Of a stretch of 64,000 nt of DNA, positions 61,453 through 64,000 are shown one piece after another (the first letter of the stretch is position 1; every line of letters starts with the position of its first letter). Under the pieces are notes generated by a model. It saw nothing but the letters and a program-made list of their open reading frames with translations, was not told the DNA's origin and ran no database searches. The stretch covers positions 96,001 to 160,000 of IMG/VR virus record IMGVR_UViG_3300033073_001332; one strand, 5' to 3'. The DNA is from a virus (taxonomy: Duplodnaviria > Caudoviricetes). The translations under genes and the position numbers were made by a program.

Positions 61453-63196
61453 TGAAAATGAAATAAGAATTGTTTTGGGTTCTCAGCAATTTGCTGGTAA
61501 CACGGATAAAGACATTTGGATACAACCACCATTAATTGGTGATAGAAGAACTATGGTTGAAGGTGATAGGTCATTGACACTTAACCTTGCAGACCAATTT
61601 AATACAGAAAGACAAGAAAGTAATACTTTTAGAATTTCAGGTAAAATAACAAACATATTTAATAATACGGTTTCAGGTAAAACAACATATACACCATATA
61701 GAAACATTCTTTATTATACAAATGCGATTGCAAATGCAACACTAAACACACCACCAAACCCTAATGTGCCATGGGAAGGATACCCTCAGTTTGATGAGTT
61801 TACATTTGTTAGATATTCTGCAGTTACGGGACATAGAAATTATATATCAAAAAGTGCTAGTTCATACAATTGGATGTTATATTTAACTTATCCATTCAGT
61901 AGTGATACTACACAACCAATGTCTTACAAAAGTGAGGATTTTAATGTATCCATCAATTTTACATCAGGTGACGGGATTCCTTTTGTTATTAAACCTGGTG
62001 AAATAAACGGTAAGAAGGTTGTATATTTTTATTGTGGTATAAATCATAATTTATCCGTTGGACAATGGATTGAAATAAACATACCATCGTTACCAAATGG
62101 GTTCGGAGGTAAAAAACTATTTGAAGTTTTTAGTTTGGGGGATGGTAACTATAGGTCACAAGATACGGTATTTAGTATTTTTGATTTAAAATTCCCACAA
62201 AATGAAACAACGGTAGGTAAAGTAGGAACATTCAAAAGAATATCTAATATTGTTAATAGTGCTGAGACTAAATCAATATATTATATAAGATTACACAAAG
62301 TAGTTGCAACCCATTCTGATTTTAATATCACCCAAGCTGGTTTTGAAAACATACCATTCAGTACTAAAAGTAAGGTTGAATATTCTGCACTTACACCTAA
62401 TGGAGAACAAAGAGTTTCCGTTAAAGAAGGTTCAAAAACATTTAGTTTTGTTTTGAACAAAGACATTGTGATTGAAGAATATAAAGATAATAACGGAAAA
62501 CCTATCACCGAGTTGTTTTTAACAACAATACAAAGAGGTTATATGGGTTGGTTTAATCCACCTGTGATGAATACATCGGGCAATCTGGTGGGTATTGATG
62601 TTGGTTGGGGGTTTAATTTTCTAAAAAACTCAGTAGACCCCTGGTGGAATCACTCATCATTAAGTAACAAAGATAATATAGTGTTAGGTTCTTACGAACA
62701 ACCACAAGGTAGTGGTCAGTACTTCTATTATAATGATTTTATACCAACAGGAACCACATTAAAAGGTGATTTTTGTGAATACAATTTTGTTGAACAACAA
62801 GAATACGTACTTTCAAAAATGTATCATAAATACTCATTTAATAGTTCATATTTTTCAGACAATTCGGCTTTGAATTTACCAAGTGGATATGTTTATGAAC
62901 CACACCACCCAATCACTATAAGAATTTTTAGTAATTATTTAGAGTACGGTACGAAGTCAAATACAGACAATATACCAACTTATGCGTGGTTTTCAGAATA
63001 TGAACAGAATTTTGTTTGGAGAGATTTATATTCCTATGGATTTATTGATGCTGAAGGTTTAGGGGTTGATTACCCATTCACAAATGGAGCGCACTATCCA
63101 TTTAAAAATGTTTTGTTTTTACAAAAACCAGTTCAAAGAACAAATCAAATTACTACAACCATCATAAACCAACCAACAAACGACGATTGTGAATAA
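61445..63196 (+). CDS. Structural (baseplate region) hypothetical protein
   Basis: 583 aa, coupled to its neighbours, ends WRDLY..G...YPF.NG.HY. Confidence 0.55.
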   Translation: MSNENEIRIVLGSQQFAGNTDKDIWIQPPLIGDRRTMVEGDRSLTLNLADQFNTERQESNTFRISGKITNIFNNTVSGKTTYTPYRNILYYTNAIANATLNTPPNPNVPWEGYPQFDEFTFVRYSAVTGHRNYISKSASSYNWMLYLTYPFSSDTTQPMSYKSEDFNVSINFTSGDGIPFVIKPGEINGKKVVYFYCGINHNLSVGQWIEINIPSLPNGFGGKKLFEVFSLGDGNYRSQDTVFSIFDLKFPQNETTVGKVGTFKRISNIVNSAETKSIYYIRLHKVVATHSDFNITQAGFENIPFSTKSKVEYSALTPNGEQRVSVKEGSKTFSFVLNKDIVIEEYKDNNGKPITELFLTTIQRGYMGWFNPPVMNTSGNLVGIDVGWGFNFLKNSVDPWWNHSSLSNKDNIVLGSYEQPQGSGQYFYYNDFIPTGTTLKGDFCEYNFVEQQEYVLSKMYHKYSFNSSYFSDNSALNLPSGYVYEPHHPITIRIFSNYLEYGTKSNTDNIPTYAWFSEYEQNFVWRDLYSYGFIDAEGLGVDYPFTNGAHYPFKNVLFLQKPVQRTNQITTTIINQPTNDDCE

Positions 63197-64000
63197 TAAC
63201 TATTATAGGGTTACATTAAACCCAAACGATACTGAAATTAATATCCCTATTGAAATAAGTTTCGACATGGAAGGTAGGGAACAAGGAGTTGAACAATTTG
63301 AAACAAATGCGGTTCAAAGTTTAATTAATGGTATTGAAGATTTTGAAATAGGTAGATTTGCACATGCCGCTTGGGACAATGATGTTGATAAAACCGAAAT
63401 AAATTACATCTTTAATTTTTTCAACCCTAATTTACCTACAACTTTTATTACTAACCCACCATCAATTGGAAATTGGTTAGATGATTATGAATATGCAACA
63501 TTCACTAACTCAGAGATTTATTACTTCTCAAATTCATTTAAAGGGTCATTCTTTAAGTTAGACTTTTACGATAGTAAAATACAAGAGAGTCAAAAAATTC
63601 TTTTTAGTGTGATATTACCAACCCAACAAGGATTAAAAGAACCGGGTACTATTGGACCAGCCTTGAACCCTACTACGGTCATGGTTAAAAAACCAAAATA
63701 TGTTTTAGATTATACAGGTGCAGATAAAGAAGGGTTCTTCTTTTATTGGTTAAAAAACCAAACCTACATTAACCAAAGCGTTTTTTACATGTCTTGCAAG
63801 TTTTTCAATGCAAAGAAAGGACAATTTGTAAGAATGATTAATGAACCACAATCAGGTTTTGTCGGTCAAACTAAGTTTAATTTTGATAAAGAAAAATATT
63901 TCTATTACAAAGTTGTGATGGATAACAATAGTTATGAATATAAGGTCTATAGAGAATCTCCATCACAAGTTAGAGTCGGTGTAGGTCAAACAGCTAATAC
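63189..64000 (+). CDS. Structural hypothetical protein, truncated at window end (GTG start; not in ORF track)
   Basis: Manual translation MNNNYYRVTLNPNDTEINIPIEISFDMEGREQ...SFFKLDFYDS...; overlaps the previous stop. Confidence 0.65.
   Translation, partial: MNNNYYRVTLNPNDTEINIPIEISFDMEGREQGVEQFETNAVQSLINGIEDFEIGRFAHAAWDNDVDKTEINYIFNFFNPNLPTTFITNPPSIGNWLDDYEYATFTNSEIYYFSNSFKGSFFKLDFYDSKIQESQKILFSVILPTQQGLKEPGTIGPALNPTTVMVKKPKYVLDYTGADKEGFFFYWLKNQTYINQSVFYMSCKFFNAKKGQFVRMINEPQSGFVGQTKFNFDKEKYFYYKVVMDNNSYEYKVYRESPSQVRVGVGQTAN

Noticed and set aside
1-64000. Giant eukaryotic virus (PolB, RNR, dUTPase, SNF2, SOD, GTs) or a bacterial eCIS/T6SS locus
   Set aside because: Sheath, tube, neck and tape measure occur together with SSB, UvsX and helicase plus bacterial promoters and terminators, which indicates a tailed phage.
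1-64000. CRISPR array, tRNA, intron/intein, DGR or stop-codon recoding
   Set aside because: No spaced nucleotide repeats, cloverleafs, reverse transcriptase or interrupted core genes were seen. Intergenic gaps are short and genes are intact in the standard code. A tRNA/Rfam scan was not run.

Overview
An AT-rich segment of a large contractile-tailed (myovirus-type) dsDNA phage genome in the standard genetic code. The host is probably in Bacteroidota, inferred from a TTTG-19-TAnnTTTG promoter and starts lacking Shine-Dalgarno sites. Layout: (1) 1-7 kb, minus strand: carbamoyltransferase (truncated, missed by the ORF track), GT11, GT10, GT2, GT2+GT4, dUTPase, 3'-5' exonuclease, GT4. (2) 7-9.6 kb: small late genes including a stand-alone WYL protein. 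(3) LamG-like and beta-helix virion proteins, then family-B DNA polymerase. (4) Neck protein, zincin-SOD fusion, SNF2 ATPase. (5) Head-tail joining, sheath, HAD hydrolase, tube, tail chaperone with a probable +1 frameshift, tape measure, very large baseplate proteins. (6) SSB, RecA/UvsX, 5'-3' exonuclease, helicase, NrdB, NrdA. (7) gp25/gp6-like wedge and further baseplate proteins. The main hypothesis is a phage-encoded virion glycosylation system: an (S/T)-G-x-T tetrapeptide is strongly enriched in exposed structural proteins, and the same genome carries a multi-glycosyltransferase and carbamoyltransferase locus. Other signals are a sense-strand TATTTAT(A/C) late motif (reverse complement of the T4 late promoter), enzymes with prohead-protease-like leaders, a structured polB leader, and modules shared between unrelated virion proteins. 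All calls come from reading motifs by eye; no database searches were run.
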